Assembly (NCBI GenBank): GCA_963665325.3 | Contig: CAXXWS020000003.1 | Coordinates: 864,001 to 928,000, forward strand | From: Alphaproteobacteria bacterium | Lineage (GTDB): Bacteria > Pseudomonadota > Alphaproteobacteria > Bin95 | DNA: 64,000 bases | Direction: 5' to 3' | Shown here: positions 9,048-19,221 of the stretch, piece by piece | Position numbering within the stretch: position 1 is the first letter of the stretch | Layout of the letters: each line of letters begins with the position of its first letter | Notes under the pieces: generated by a model | Database searches by the model: none | Seen by the model: the letters and a program-made list of their open reading frames with translations, nothing else | Told to the model about the DNA's origin: nothing | Made by a program: the position numbers and the translations under genes

Positions 9048-10733
9048 ATGCCCGACGGGACCAACATTGCAGCCCTGAAGACGGCGCTTGCGGCGGCCGA
9101 GAGCAAGGCTTCCGAGGCGCAGGCCAAGGCCACCAGGGCCGAGACGAAGGCGACCGAGGCCGAGACGAAGGCGACCGAGGCCGAGGCACGGGCTGCCGTG
9201 GCGGCGGCGAAGGTGTCGGACGCGGAAGCCGAGATCGTCTTCCTGAAGCTGACGATCAAGAAGCTCCAGCGGGAGCTCTTCGGCACGCGCTCGGAGCGCA
9301 AGCAGCGTCTGCTCGACCAGCTCGAACTCCAGCTCGACGAGCTTGAGGCGAGCGCGACCGAGGACGAGCTGGCGGCCGAGCAGGCGGCGGCGGAGACCAC
9401 GCAGGTTCAGGGGTTCACCCGCCGCAGGCCGGCCCGCAAGCCGTTCCCCGCGCACCTTCCGCGCGAGCGGAAGGTGGTTCCGCCGCCGACATCCTGCGCG
9501 TGCTGCGGCTCGGAGAAGCTGTCGAAGATCGGCGAGGACATCACCGAGACGCTGGAGGTGATCCCGCGCCGCTGGAAGGTGATCCAGACGGTGCGCGAGA
9601 AGTTCACCTGCCGGGCTTGCGAGAAGATCAGCCAGCCGCCGGCGCCGTTCCACCCGACGCCGCGGGGCTGGGCCGGCCAGCACCTGCTGGCGATGATCCT
9701 GTTCGAGAAGTACGGGCAACATCAGCCGTTGAACCGCCAGCGCGATCGCTACGAACGCGAAGGCGTCGATCTCAGCCTGTCGACGCTGGCCGACCAGGTG
9801 GGCGCCTGCGCGTTTGCGCTGAAGCCCCTGCACGACCTGATCGAAGCCCATGTCATGGCGGCGGAGCGCCTGCATGGCGACGACACCCCGGTGCCCGTAT
9901 TGGCCAAGGGCAAGTGCGCCACCGGCCGGGCCTGGGTCTATGTGCGCGACGACCGGCCGTTCGGCGGGCCGGATCCGCCGGCGGCGCTGTTCCGCTACTC
10001 GCGGGACCGGTCCGGCGATCACCCGGTCGAACACCTGGAGAAGTTCGCCGGCATCCTCCAGGCGGACATCTACGCCGGCTACAACGCTCTCTATGTCGCC
10101 GGCCGATCGCCGGGGCCGATCACCGAGGCTGCGTGTTGGTCGCATAGTCGGCGCAAGTTCTTCGAGCTTGCCGACATCGCGGCGAGCGCGCGACGGGGCA
10201 AGAACGCGCCGCCGATCTCGCGGCTGGCGCTGGAGGCGTTGAAGCGGATCGACGTGCTGTTCGACATCGAGCGCGGGATCGTCGGCAAGTCCGCCGAACA
10301 TCGTCTTGCCGTACGCAAGGAACTCAGCGCGCCGGTGCTGGCCGACCTCAAGGACTGGATGGAGACCGAGCGCAGGAAGCTGTCGAAACATGCCCCGGTG
10401 GCCAAGGCGATGGACTACATGCTCAGGCGCTGGGCGCTGTTCGCCCGCTTCCTCGACGACGGCCGCATCTGCCTGACGAATAATGCCGCCGAGAGGGCGC
10501 TCAGGGGTATTGCCCTGGGAAGAAAGTCATGGCTGTTCTGCGGCTCGGATCGTGGCGGCGTGCGGGCCGCGGCGATGTACACGCTGATCGGCACCGCCAA
10601 GCTCAACAATATCGATCCGCAAGCCTGGCTCGCCGATGTCCTGGGCCGGATCGCGGAGATCCCGCAGAGCCGGCTCGACGAACTCCTCCCCTGGAACTGG
10701 GTCCCCGAGCAGAAGCTCGATCGAGCCGCGTAA
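9048..10733 (+). CDS. tnpC: IS66 DDE transposase TnpC
   Basis: LFGTRSER, zinc finger, LHGDDTP, CWSHSRRKF, NNAAERALR, LLPWNW. Confidence 0.95.
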   Translation: MPDGTNIAALKTALAAAESKASEAQAKATRAETKATEAETKATEAEARAAVAAAKVSDAEAEIVFLKLTIKKLQRELFGTRSERKQRLLDQLELQLDELEASATEDELAAEQAAAETTQVQGFTRRRPARKPFPAHLPRERKVVPPPTSCACCGSEKLSKIGEDITETLEVIPRRWKVIQTVREKFTCRACEKISQPPAPFHPTPRGWAGQHLLAMILFEKYGQHQPLNRQRDRYEREGVDLSLSTLADQVGACAFALKPLHDLIEAHVMAAERLHGDDTPVPVLAKGKCATGRAWVYVRDDRPFGGPDPPAALFRYSRDRSGDHPVEHLEKFAGILQADIYAGYNALYVAGRSPGPITEAACWSHSRRKFFELADIAASARRGKNAPPISRLALEALKRIDVLFDIERGIVGKSAEHRLAVRKELSAPVLADLKDWMETERRKLSKHAPVAKAMDYMLRRWALFARFLDDGRICLTNNAAERALRGIALGRKSWLFCGSDRGGVRAAAMYTLIGTAKLNNIDPQAWLADVLGRIAEIPQSRLDELLPWNWVPEQKLDRAA

Positions 10734-11037
10734 GCCGGCTCCCGCGAAGGCGGCGGCCAGATCCCGCCCCGGAGCTTCATCGCCAGCATCACCCCGCCAC
10801 CAAACTCAGCCCGAAACACCCCGCGGTCTTCGGCGGATGCTTACTGACAATCACGGTTGGGTCGGAAAATCAGTTAGTCGAACAACGACATGGTGCCACT
10901 TAGCTTGATATTGGATGCAGACTTTCTTGCATTGCCACATCAATCTCAATCTTTTCAGTGTGATCGTTCAGCCGCGACCTGCACGCTAAGACGCTGCGGC
11001 GATAGCGGCGCAATATCCCGAGCCTGCGGAGACTACA

Positions 11038-11484
11038 ATGCTTACAGACGAGATGCACACCCTTATCAACCGGTTTTCCGCTGGCGCCGTCGCGACAGTG
11101 AACGCCGACGGCACGCCGACGGTCTCGCCCAAGGCCACGTTCGTGATTCTGGACGACCGCACGCTTGCCTTCGGTCACATCCGCTCGCCGGGAACGGTGG
11201 CAAACCTGCGCCGCAATCCTGCGATCGAGGTCTGCTTCACCGACGTCGTGACCCGCAGAGCGGTGCGGGTGACAGGCGTGGCCTCGATCGTTCGCCGGAG
11301 CGACGCCGATGCCGCGCTCGACCACGCCTTCAATGCCGCGTGGGGTCCGTACGTGCTCCACATGGGCGCCTACGTGCGGATCGCTGTCACGGCCGCCCAG
11401 ATGATCCTCTCGCCGGCCCACGATCTCGGCCTGACTGAGGACGAGCTGCGGAAGACCAACCTCGAAAAACTGAACACCTATTGA
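11038..11484 (+). CDS. pyridoxamine 5'-phosphate oxidase family (FMN-binding) protein
   Basis: VATVNADGTPTVSPK..SPGTVANLRRNP; GGAG RBS. Confidence 0.8.
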   Translation: MLTDEMHTLINRFSAGAVATVNADGTPTVSPKATFVILDDRTLAFGHIRSPGTVANLRRNPAIEVCFTDVVTRRAVRVTGVASIVRRSDADAALDHAFNAAWGPYVLHMGAYVRIAVTAAQMILSPAHDLGLTEDELRKTNLEKLNTY

Positions 11485-11830
11485 TGGAACTTTCGGATAC
11501 GCCGATACCCGGTGTTACGTTCCCGATGTTCGTGCGTTTGTACACGCAGTCCCCACCTGTCATGGCCTCGGCTGCGGAGTATCGGAACATGCCGATGCCA
11601 TGGACCTACCGCCATTCATCAAAGGAATGGCGAGCCATACTGGATGACTTGGAGGCGATGAGGAACGGGCTGGATCGCGTTCCGGCACAGCCTGAAGCTC
11701 ATCCACGTTTCGCCGGATGGCGCGGCCGGCACTGCCCCGGGTCCAGCGGTCGAACATCGCGGTCCGGAACCGCAGAAATTCCCTGCCATGCAACTGAAAC
11801 TGACCGGCGCGACCCTTCGTCGGGAATTTC

Positions 11831-12682
11831 CTAAACCCAATTCGCTTCGCGCAGTGCCCGGGCGTAGCGGCGGCTGACCGGCACTTCGGCGCCGTTCGCC
11901 AGATGGGCCTGGGTCCGACCGGCGCGCCGCGAAACTTTCTCCAGGGCCCCGCGTGCGATCCAGTGCGAGCGGTGGACCTGCATCCCTTCGGTTTCGCCCA
12001 GCTCTTTCAGCGCGTCGCCGAAGCGCATGAGCACGAGATCCGACCCGCGGTCGGTGTAAATCTCGACATAATGGTCGCGCATCTGAAGATGCAGCAGCCG
12101 GCCGCGGCGTTCGGCCGGCAGCCGCTGTAGCAGCGGCAGCGTTCCGGTCAACGCGGCCGAATCCCCGTCCGCCGCCGGCAACTCCGAGACGGGCGTGCCG
12201 CCCGCCTGCCGCATCGGCAACTCGATGGTTCCCCAGACGATCAGGCCCATCGCCAGGTGGATCAGGGCGACGGCCAGGAACAATTCGCCGGTCCGCAGCG
12301 TCTCCGGTACGGCGTGGGCGAACAGCAGTTCGATGACCACGATCAGCAGCGTTCCCGGCACGGCGGCGGTCAGGCCTCCGACCAGGACGCAGGCGATGGC
12401 CGGCAGGCGGGCGCTGAGCCGCGCCACCGCCGGCAGGATGCAGGCCAGCGCGATCAGCCAGTTGCCGGCCATTGCAAGGGTCCAATAGGCCATCCGTTCG
12501 CTGAGCGGCATTTGGACATAGGTGCCGAACGGGCCGAGATAACCCAAGACCAGACTCGCAACGGCGAGCGAGGCCAGATTCCAGCGCATCCGCCGCCAGG
12601 TGAACCATTCGCGAAGCGCGAACGGCGCTTCCCGCTCCGTTCGCGAAGTTTCCGGCCCGTTTGCGAAGCCGCCATTGGTCAT
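11831..12682 (-). CDS. membrane-anchored LytTR-domain regulator
   Basis: Four hydrophobic helices, then DHYVEIYT..QVHRSHW..VPVSRRY LytTR domain. Start taken at MTNGGFANG. Confidence 0.88.
   Translation of the reverse strand: MTNGGFANGPETSRTEREAPFALREWFTWRRMRWNLASLAVASLVLGYLGPFGTYVQMPLSERMAYWTLAMAGNWLIALACILPAVARLSARLPAIACVLVGGLTAAVPGTLLIVVIELLFAHAVPETLRTGELFLAVALIHLAMGLIVWGTIELPMRQAGGTPVSELPAADGDSAALTGTLPLLQRLPAERRGRLLHLQMRDHYVEIYTDRGSDLVLMRFGDALKELGETEGMQVHRSHWIARGALEKVSRRAGRTQAHLANGAEVPVSRRYARALREANWV
12605..12668. promoter_or_regulatory. three direct repeats CCRTTYGCGAAG, candidate LytTR sites
   Basis: Copies at 12605-12616, 12637-12648 and 12657-12668, upstream of the divergent DUF2141 operon. 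Confidence 0.55.
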
Positions 12683-12744
12683 TGCCGTCCGCCGTGTATC
12701 TACCTCGGGCGCAAGATACGCAACTCGAACCGGAGTACCCAAGG

Positions 12745-13200
12745 ATGAATCAAAAATCGCGCTTTGCCGTCGCGGCGACCATCGCCGCTTCTCTCACGCT
12801 CGCTGCGCCCGCAATGGGCGACGCGGCCCAGGCGGCCGAACTGACGATTGCGGTAAGCGGCGTCGAATCGGTCAAGGGCCGCGTCTACATTGCCCTCCAT
12901 CGCGCTGCCGCCGGCGTGAAGTTCCCCGATGCGAAAGGCGAGGTCGCCGGTGTCTGGCGGAAGGCACAAAAGGGCGGTTTCTCCGTCACCTTCGCCGGGC
13001 TCGCGCCGGGCCGATACGCCGTCAACGGATTTCACGACGCCAACGGCGACGGCGAGCTCGGCACCAACCTGCTGGGCATTCCCACCGAAGGCTACGGCTT
13101 CGGCAACGGCGCGGCCGGAAGCTTCGGGCCGCCGGATTTCGAGGCTGCCAGCATTGCCGTGCAAGGCAAGGCCAGCGTCGATCTGCCGATCGGCTATTGA
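12745..13200 (+). CDS. DUF2141 family secreted protein
   Basis: Signal peptide; GRYAVNGFHDANGDGELGTNLLGIPTEGYGFGN..FGPPDF signature. Confidence 0.88.
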   Translation: MNQKSRFAVAATIAASLTLAAPAMGDAAQAAELTIAVSGVESVKGRVYIALHRAAAGVKFPDAKGEVAGVWRKAQKGGFSVTFAGLAPGRYAVNGFHDANGDGELGTNLLGIPTEGYGFGNGAAGSFGPPDFEAASIAVQGKASVDLPIGY

Positions 13201-13233
13201 TTCCATCCGGCAGCCATAAAGGGACCCGATCCA

Positions 13234-14760
13234 ATGACCAACACGAACATTTCCCGACGCACGTTCCTCGCCGCCTCGGCGGCTTCGGGCCTGGCCGGTC
13301 TTGCGCCTTTCGCGCCGGCGCTTGCCGCGTCCGGCAGCAACTGGGGTGAAGCGTTCGCCGCCGCCTTGGAGCGGAACCCGATGCTGCTCGGCTGGAAAAC
13401 GTCGCCGGACCGGCTGGATAGCGCGTCGCTCGCCATAACGGGCACATGGCCCGCGGGGCTGAAAGGCCGCTTTTTCCGCAACGGGTCGTCGATCCACGAC
13501 CGGTTCGGCCGGCGCTACCGGCACTGGTTCGACGGTGACGGCATGATCCAGGAGTTCACCGTCGACGGCGGCCGGGGCCGGATCGCCCATCGCGGGCGCG
13601 TTGTCCGCACGCCGAAGCTCGAGCGGGAAGACGCGGCCGGCCGGCGACTCTACAACGGCTACGGCACCCATCTGCCGGACAGCGTGCCGCTGCGCGAGCC
13701 GGACGACATGAACGCCGCGAACATTTCCGTCCTCCACCACGGCGGGGAACTGCTGGCGCTGTGGGAAGGCGGCTCCGCGATGCGGCTGGAAGAGGCGACG
13801 CTGGCGGCGCGCGGCTTCAAGAGCTGGAGCCCGCAGCTGAGCGGCGTCCCCTTCTCGGCCCATCCGAAGGTCGATCCCGACGGCACCCTGTGGAACATCG
13901 GCTGCAGCCTGCTGCCGCGGCCGGCGCTCGTGCTCTATCATGTCGACCGCGCGGGCCGGCTGGTTAAGGCCGGACCGGTCGATGCCGGCCCGATCGGCCT
14001 GATCCACGATTTTGTCGTGACCCGGAAATCGCTGGTCATCCTGATCCAGCCCTTCCTGTTCGATCCCGAACGGGCGGAACGGGCCAGCGTGCTCGATGCC
14101 CATGTCTGGAACCCGCAGGCGGAAACCCGCGCCCTGGTGGTCGACAAGGCCGATTTCGGCAAGCGCCGCTGGCACGCTCTGCCGGCCTGTTTCGGTTTCC
14201 ACTACGGCAACGCCTGGGAAGAGGCCGACGGCACAATCCGGCTCGACCACTGCCTGGCAGACGATCCCGGTATCGTCACCGGGACGCTACGCTATGTGAT
14301 GAAAGGCGAGTTCCGACCCTGGGCGCCGCTGCGCTATGCGCAGATCGCTTTGCCGCCCAAAGGCGACGGCCGGATCGCCGGCCGCGGCGCGGAGGCGGAA
14401 TTTGCCAAGGTGGCGCCCGCCGTCGTCGGCCGGCGGCACCGCTATGTCTACATGCTGGGCGCTCCGGACAATCCGAGGGGCTGGCTCCGCATGGTGGTCA
14501 AGCGCGACCTGGAAGGCGGCAAGGCGGAGATTTTCGACTACGGCCCCGGCAAGATTCCGGAGGAGCATATCTTCGTTCCGAAACCGGGTGGCCAGCGCGA
14601 GGACGACGGCTGGCTGATCGGCACGGTGCTGGACTGGCAGAAGGGCGTGACCGGGCTGTCGGCGTTCGACGCGCGGGCGGTCTCGGCCGGCCCGGTCGCG
14701 CAGGCCTGGTTGCCGTATCCGCTGCCGCTGGGCTTCCACGGCACTTTCGTCAGGGGCTAG
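13234..14760 (+). CDS. carotenoid/lignostilbene cleavage oxygenase (RPE65 family) with Tat signal
   Basis: SRRTFL Tat motif, HWFDGDGM, AHPK, IHDF, FHYGNAWE, LGFHG (four Fe-binding His). Confidence 0.9.
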   Translation: MTNTNISRRTFLAASAASGLAGLAPFAPALAASGSNWGEAFAAALERNPMLLGWKTSPDRLDSASLAITGTWPAGLKGRFFRNGSSIHDRFGRRYRHWFDGDGMIQEFTVDGGRGRIAHRGRVVRTPKLEREDAAGRRLYNGYGTHLPDSVPLREPDDMNAANISVLHHGGELLALWEGGSAMRLEEATLAARGFKSWSPQLSGVPFSAHPKVDPDGTLWNIGCSLLPRPALVLYHVDRAGRLVKAGPVDAGPIGLIHDFVVTRKSLVILIQPFLFDPERAERASVLDAHVWNPQAETRALVVDKADFGKRRWHALPACFGFHYGNAWEEADGTIRLDHCLADDPGIVTGTLRYVMKGEFRPWAPLRYAQIALPPKGDGRIAGRGAEAEFAKVAPAVVGRRHRYVYMLGAPDNPRGWLRMVVKRDLEGGKAEIFDYGPGKIPEEHIFVPKPGGQREDDGWLIGTVLDWQKGVTGLSAFDARAVSAGPVAQAWLPYPLPLGFHGTFVRG

Positions 14761-14771
14761 GATCGGTCTTC

Positions 14772-15845
14772 ATGTATGGGCGGCAAGATAAATCGGGGAC
14801 CGGGCGCCGAATGCGTTTGACCGCGACGGACCGAAACACGCTTCGCACCCTCGCAATTGTCGTCGGGTGTTCGACGATCGGCGGCGCCGCATTCGGATCC
14901 GCCATGACCGGTTCGAATGTAATATTCGACCCCAGGCCGGCAATGATCGGATCGTATAACGGGTTTCTGATCAGCCTGATCATCGCCGGTTTCAAGTTGT
15001 ATTCGCGCAGCGGGGCGGCGCGATATTGGCTCAATCGCGCCCCGTTCCTCGTCAACGTCATTCTGTGGTCGGTATTCTATCTCGCGGTCTTTACGCTCGT
15101 GATTCAATCCAGCTTTCTTGTCGTGGGCGTCGAAATCGAAGGGTGGGGCTGGCAGGAGGCGAATTTCCTGATCGCCGTCGGGGCTTCGTTTGCCGCAAGT
15201 ATCGCCGGTAACGTCATTGTGCGATTCGGCCAGATGCTGGGGCGCGGTGTGCTCGTCAAGGTCCTCACCGGCTACTATTACCGCCCGCGCGAGGAAGAGC
15301 GGATTTTCCTGTTCATCGATCTCGTAGACTCGACGGCGACTGCCGAGCGAATCGGCCATGTCGCGTTCCACCGCCTGCTGAACGATGTCATTCTCGATGC
15401 CACCGAACCGATCCTCGCTTCGCAGGGCGAAATCCATAGCTATGTCGGCGACAAAATTATTGTGACATGGGCGCCTGAACGCGGCTTGAAGCAGGGAAAC
15501 TGCATGCACTGCGTCAACGATGTCCGTCGTGCGCTGGAAAGGCGAGGCGACGCTTACCGCAATACGTACGGCATCGCGCCGAAGTTCCGCGCTGCCCTTC
15601 ACATGGGACCGGTGGTGGCGGGCGAAATGGGGTTGGTGAAGCAAGCCATCGTATATCTCGGCGATACCGTGAATACGACAGCGCGCATCGAAGCTGCCTG
15701 CAAGGAGCTCGACGCGGACATTCTCATCTCCGCAGACGTTGCCGACCGCCTTGCCGGGGTCGCAGGATGCGATTTCGTCGACCTGGGACCGATCGAACTG
15801 CGCGGTCGATCCGAATCGGTAGGGCTCTATAGGCTGGCGGCGTAG
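14772..15845 (+). CDS. membrane class III adenylate/guanylate cyclase
   Basis: N-terminal TM helices; FLFIDLVDST, YVGD, GDTVNTTARIE. Start may be 14811. Confidence 0.88.
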   Translation: MYGRQDKSGTGRRMRLTATDRNTLRTLAIVVGCSTIGGAAFGSAMTGSNVIFDPRPAMIGSYNGFLISLIIAGFKLYSRSGAARYWLNRAPFLVNVILWSVFYLAVFTLVIQSSFLVVGVEIEGWGWQEANFLIAVGASFAASIAGNVIVRFGQMLGRGVLVKVLTGYYYRPREEERIFLFIDLVDSTATAERIGHVAFHRLLNDVILDATEPILASQGEIHSYVGDKIIVTWAPERGLKQGNCMHCVNDVRRALERRGDAYRNTYGIAPKFRAALHMGPVVAGEMGLVKQAIVYLGDTVNTTARIEAACKELDADILISADVADRLAGVAGCDFVDLGPIELRGRSESVGLYRLAA

Positions 15846-16008
15846 TGGGAGTGCGCCAGATGCCGTAATGGGGCGTGGCACCAACCGGCACCGTCGGAGC
15901 GTGTTGCGATAGTGGCGAATCAGTTGTCGTTGCCCTTACACGCTCAGCGTGTCCACGGGGTCTTGCCGAAAGGCGCGCCCCAAATCCTGGAGAGGAAAGG
16001 GCAACGAC

Positions 16009-17049
16009 ATGGATGTCTATATCGGGCTGGATGTATCGCTGGCAAGCACGGCGATCTGTGTTCTTGGCGAGAAAGGAACGATCATCACGGAGGCGCAGGT
16101 CGCCAGCGCCCCCGACACGCTGGTGTGCTTCATGCGCAAGCTGCCGTTCGGGATCGCCGCGATCGGTCTCGAGGCCGGTCCCCTGTCACACTGGTTGCAC
16201 AAGGGACTGTCGGATGCCGGCTTCGAGACCGTGCTGATGGAGACCCGACGGGTGAAGGCGGCGCTGAAGGCGATGCCGATCAAGACGGACCGCCGGGATG
16301 CCGAGGGTATCGCACGGCTTTTGCAGTTGGGCTGGTTCCGGCCGGTGCACTGCAAGTCGATATCGGCGCAGGAGATGCGGGCGCTGCTGACTTCGCGCAA
16401 GGCGGTGCTGAACGCGCTCAAGAATCTGGAGCTCTCACTGCGCGGCGTGTTGCGCAACTTCGGCTTGAAACTGGGCGTGGTCTCGAAGGGCCGCTACGAA
16501 GCCCGTATCAGGGAATTGACTGACGGCAATGAGATGCTGGAGGCTGCGGCCGAACCGATGCTGCGCGCGCGGACGGCTCTGCGGCGCGAACTGGCCGGCC
16601 TGGAGAAGAGGGTCCGCGATCTGGCTTGGCAAGACCGGACATGCCGTTTGCTGATGACCATGCCTGGCGTCGGTCACGTCATTGCTCTGACCTTCACCTC
16701 CGCGATCGACGATCCTGAGCGGTTCCGGAGATCGAAGGATATAGGTCCTTGGGTGGGGTTGACGCCGGGACGGGATCAATCCGGCGAACGGGATATTGTC
16801 GGCAGAATCACGAAGGCCGGAGATGCAGGTCTACGCACGGCGCTCTACCAGGCCGCGACGGTGATGTTGAATCGCGCGAGGCCAAACTGGCTGAAAGCCT
16901 GGGCACTACGGGTGGCGAGGTTCCGCGGCAAGAAGCGCGCAACAGTTGCTCTGGCCCGGCGCATCGGCATCGTGCTTCACCGGATGTGGCGGGACGGCAC
17001 CGAGTTCCGCTTCACGCGCAAGGAAGCAATGGAGCTTCGAGCGGCATAG
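16009..17049 (+). CDS. IS110 DEDD recombinase/transposase
   Basis: YIGLDVS, GLEAG, KTDRRDA, MPGVG and the QSG catalytic serine motif. Confidence 0.95.
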   Translation: MDVYIGLDVSLASTAICVLGEKGTIITEAQVASAPDTLVCFMRKLPFGIAAIGLEAGPLSHWLHKGLSDAGFETVLMETRRVKAALKAMPIKTDRRDAEGIARLLQLGWFRPVHCKSISAQEMRALLTSRKAVLNALKNLELSLRGVLRNFGLKLGVVSKGRYEARIRELTDGNEMLEAAAEPMLRARTALRRELAGLEKRVRDLAWQDRTCRLLMTMPGVGHVIALTFTSAIDDPERFRRSKDIGPWVGLTPGRDQSGERDIVGRITKAGDAGLRTALYQAATVMLNRARPNWLKAWALRVARFRGKKRATVALARRIGIVLHRMWRDGTEFRFTRKEAMELRAA

Positions 17050-17476
17050 GCGTGGCTGCTTGACACCGACAGTCTGCATCCAGAGGAGAAAAGAACCGCG
17101 CCCGTAGGCGGAAGGTCACCGGTGTCCCCTCGCCGGGACGCGGTTCCCGATGATGCACGTAGTTAGCCTCGTCTGCCGCATCGTCTCATCGCGGTCGAGC
17201 ACGCAAGTCAGATTGGCACTCGGGAACCGTACTGGACCAGGCATGAAGTTGGCGGCCGCCGCGCCGACCACGGACGGAAGCGAGAGCCTGGCGACGGACA
17301 CATCCGGGATCGTAAGCCCTTCCCAGGCGCCCAATCCTGAACCGGAAACATGGCGGGCTCATGTTGTCGACACTCCGGGACCACGGCTGAGCCCATGCCC
17401 CCTGCACGTAGTGAAGGCTCGCGAAAGGGATCCTGTCGCGACGATGGGTCGTGGGAAAATGGCGCTTGACGACAAC
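17050..17476 (+). ncRNA. putative IS1111 bridge/seek RNA region
   Basis: About 430-nt non-coding segment between the transposase stop and the right IR, containing hairpins. Position matches where IS1111 elements encode their guide RNA (family knowledge). Boundaries unknown. Confidence 0.5.
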
Positions 17477-17492
17477 CGCCCCATTACGGAAG

Positions 17493-17910
17493 TCGCTATT
17501 TTGCTCGGGCGGTCGAAGTTTATGTGGATCATACGCAAGATGCGGCGATATCCTATGCCAAGATGGGGAGGGTCGTTTTGTTCGGTTTTGTCGCGATGGA
17601 GTACCCACGTCGCTGGAAGGGTACGAAGTTGCACGTTCGACATGGACAATTTGGTCAACATGACATAGAGTTGCCGTCTGACGTTGGAGAATTCATCTTT
17701 GGACGTGCCCGATTGGCTGCGAAAAGTTACTCGCAGATTTCAGAACGACAACATGCAAGAATCCGGGAATCTTATGATCAGAATCTTGGTCGTGCATCTC
17801 AGAGTGAAACTCTCCGCGCCATGCATCACGATGTATCGATGTTTGGCAGGAATGCCTTTGAGGCTACGCAATCAGGCATTGATAGTCGCGCGGAGAAGGG
17901 GACACAGTAG
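17493..17910 (+). pseudogene. 5'-truncated hypothetical protein
   Basis: Protein-like open frame RYFARAVEVYVDH...DVSMFGRNAF begins exactly at the IS1111 right end. Confidence 0.4.
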
Positions 17911-18066
17911 GTCGGCCGAGGAGCATTCGTAACACGCTGTAGAAACACCGATGATCTCAATGGCTGCCCGAAACCGGCCACAATCTTCGAACGGCACGAT
18001 CACCGGAATTAACGACCGATAACATGCACCGATCCGCTCCGGGTGTGTCCCACCGCCCGATGGAGA

Positions 18067-19221
18067 CTACCCCACCATCTCGGCGATCCGGCTGGCAATA
18101 CGGTTGGCGGCGGACTTGACCGGGTCGTTGGCAAGATGGGCGTAGCGCGCCGTTGTCTGCACTTGCGTGTGGCCGAGCAGCTTCCCGATCATCGGAAGCC
18201 CTTCGCCGACCAGCAGTCCTCCACTGGCAAAGCTGTGTCGAAGGTCATGAATTCGCACATCGTCGAGCCCGGCCCGAGCCCGGATGCGCCGCCAGGGGTG
18301 TTGCAGGTCCGTCAGATGGCTGTCGGGCTTGCGCCCGGCGATCACCCACGGATTCCCCTCCTTCCGGTTGATTCCGCGCAGCACCGCGACGGCCGGATCG
18401 CCAAGATGCACCGTCTTGGCCCCCGACTTGCTGTCGGGTAGCCGCAATTCGCCCGCCTCCAGGTCGATATGCTCCCATCGCACCTTCTGGACCTCCGAGA
18501 GCCGGCAGCCCGTCAGCATCAGCAGCCGGATCGCCGCGATGGCGGCAGGCGTCTCCGAGCCGTCCCGGCCGATTTCCTTCAGGGTTTCTCCAAGGCGCCG
18601 GTACTCCTCGTCCGACAGGAACCGCTCCCGCTTCTCCTCGCGAAACCGCTTCACATGGCGGCACGGGTTCGATCCGTCCGGGCGCAGGCCCCAGACTTCG
18701 GCCATGTTGAACATCTTCGAGAGCACCCCGAGCGTCCGGTTGGCCTGGTAGGGGGTTTCCCGCATGCCGTGATGCAGCGCCGCAATGTCCTTGCGCTGAA
18801 TGTCGGGAACGCGGAGCTGGCCGATCCTGGGATCTATGAACAGTGTCACCGATCGGCGGTATTCCGCCGCCGTGCTCGGCTTGCAATGCGACGGCACATA
18901 TTCTTCCAGGAACCGCGTGCCCAGTTCCCGCATGGTCGGCGCGTTGGCATTGGCCCCGCCGCGCGCCGCCGGGTCCTTGCCCGCCCGTGCATCGGACATG
19001 ATCTCCGCCGCCCGGGTGCGCGCGTCGGCCGGCGTGACCGCGCCGTGGGGTCCGATAGTGACCTTGATCGCCCGTCCGCGGAAGCGCGTCTTGACGATAT
19101 AGACCTTGCGGCCGGAGGGATGGATGCGGATGCCGAAGCCCTTGAGATCGTCATCCCAGACAACGCGCTCGCGCTCCTGGGGATCGAGCGCGTCGACGGT
19201 TCTCTTGGTGATTTTGGCCAT
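18067..19221 (-). CDS. tyrosine integrase with N-terminal arm-binding domain
   Basis: KITKRTVDAL..VWDDDLKGFG; LTGCRLSE (R), HDLRHS, LLGH, TTARY. Adjacent to a tRNA fragment. Confidence 0.93.
   Translation of the reverse strand: MAKITKRTVDALDPQERERVVWDDDLKGFGIRIHPSGRKVYIVKTRFRGRAIKVTIGPHGAVTPADARTRAAEIMSDARAGKDPAARGGANANAPTMRELGTRFLEEYVPSHCKPSTAAEYRRSVTLFIDPRIGQLRVPDIQRKDIAALHHGMRETPYQANRTLGVLSKMFNMAEVWGLRPDGSNPCRHVKRFREEKRERFLSDEEYRRLGETLKEIGRDGSETPAAIAAIRLLMLTGCRLSEVQKVRWEHIDLEAGELRLPDSKSGAKTVHLGDPAVAVLRGINRKEGNPWVIAGRKPDSHLTDLQHPWRRIRARAGLDDVRIHDLRHSFASGGLLVGEGLPMIGKLLGHTQVQTTARYAHLANDPVKSAANRIASRIAEMVG

Larger units (their letters stand above)
8136..10844 (+). mobile_element. complete IS66 family element
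   Basis: Ends GTAAGCCTCCG.../...CGGATGCTTAC. 8-bp target duplication TGACAATC at 8128-8135 and 10845-10852. Confidence 0.95.
15856..17492 (+). mobile_element. IS110 family, IS1111 subgroup element
   Basis: Perfect 13-bp subterminal inverted repeats CCGTAATGGGGCG (15863-15875) and CGCCCCATTACGG (17477-17489), with a long 3' non-coding region. Exact ends inferred from the usual 7/3-bp offsets. Confidence 0.8.

Noticed and set aside
11481-11834. 117-aa ORF
   Set aside because: No recognisable motif and a low-complexity second half; cannot be supported as a gene.
8910-14250. Antisense ORFs 8910-10391 and 12700-14250
   Set aside because: Shadows of tnpC and the oxygenase in GC-rich DNA.
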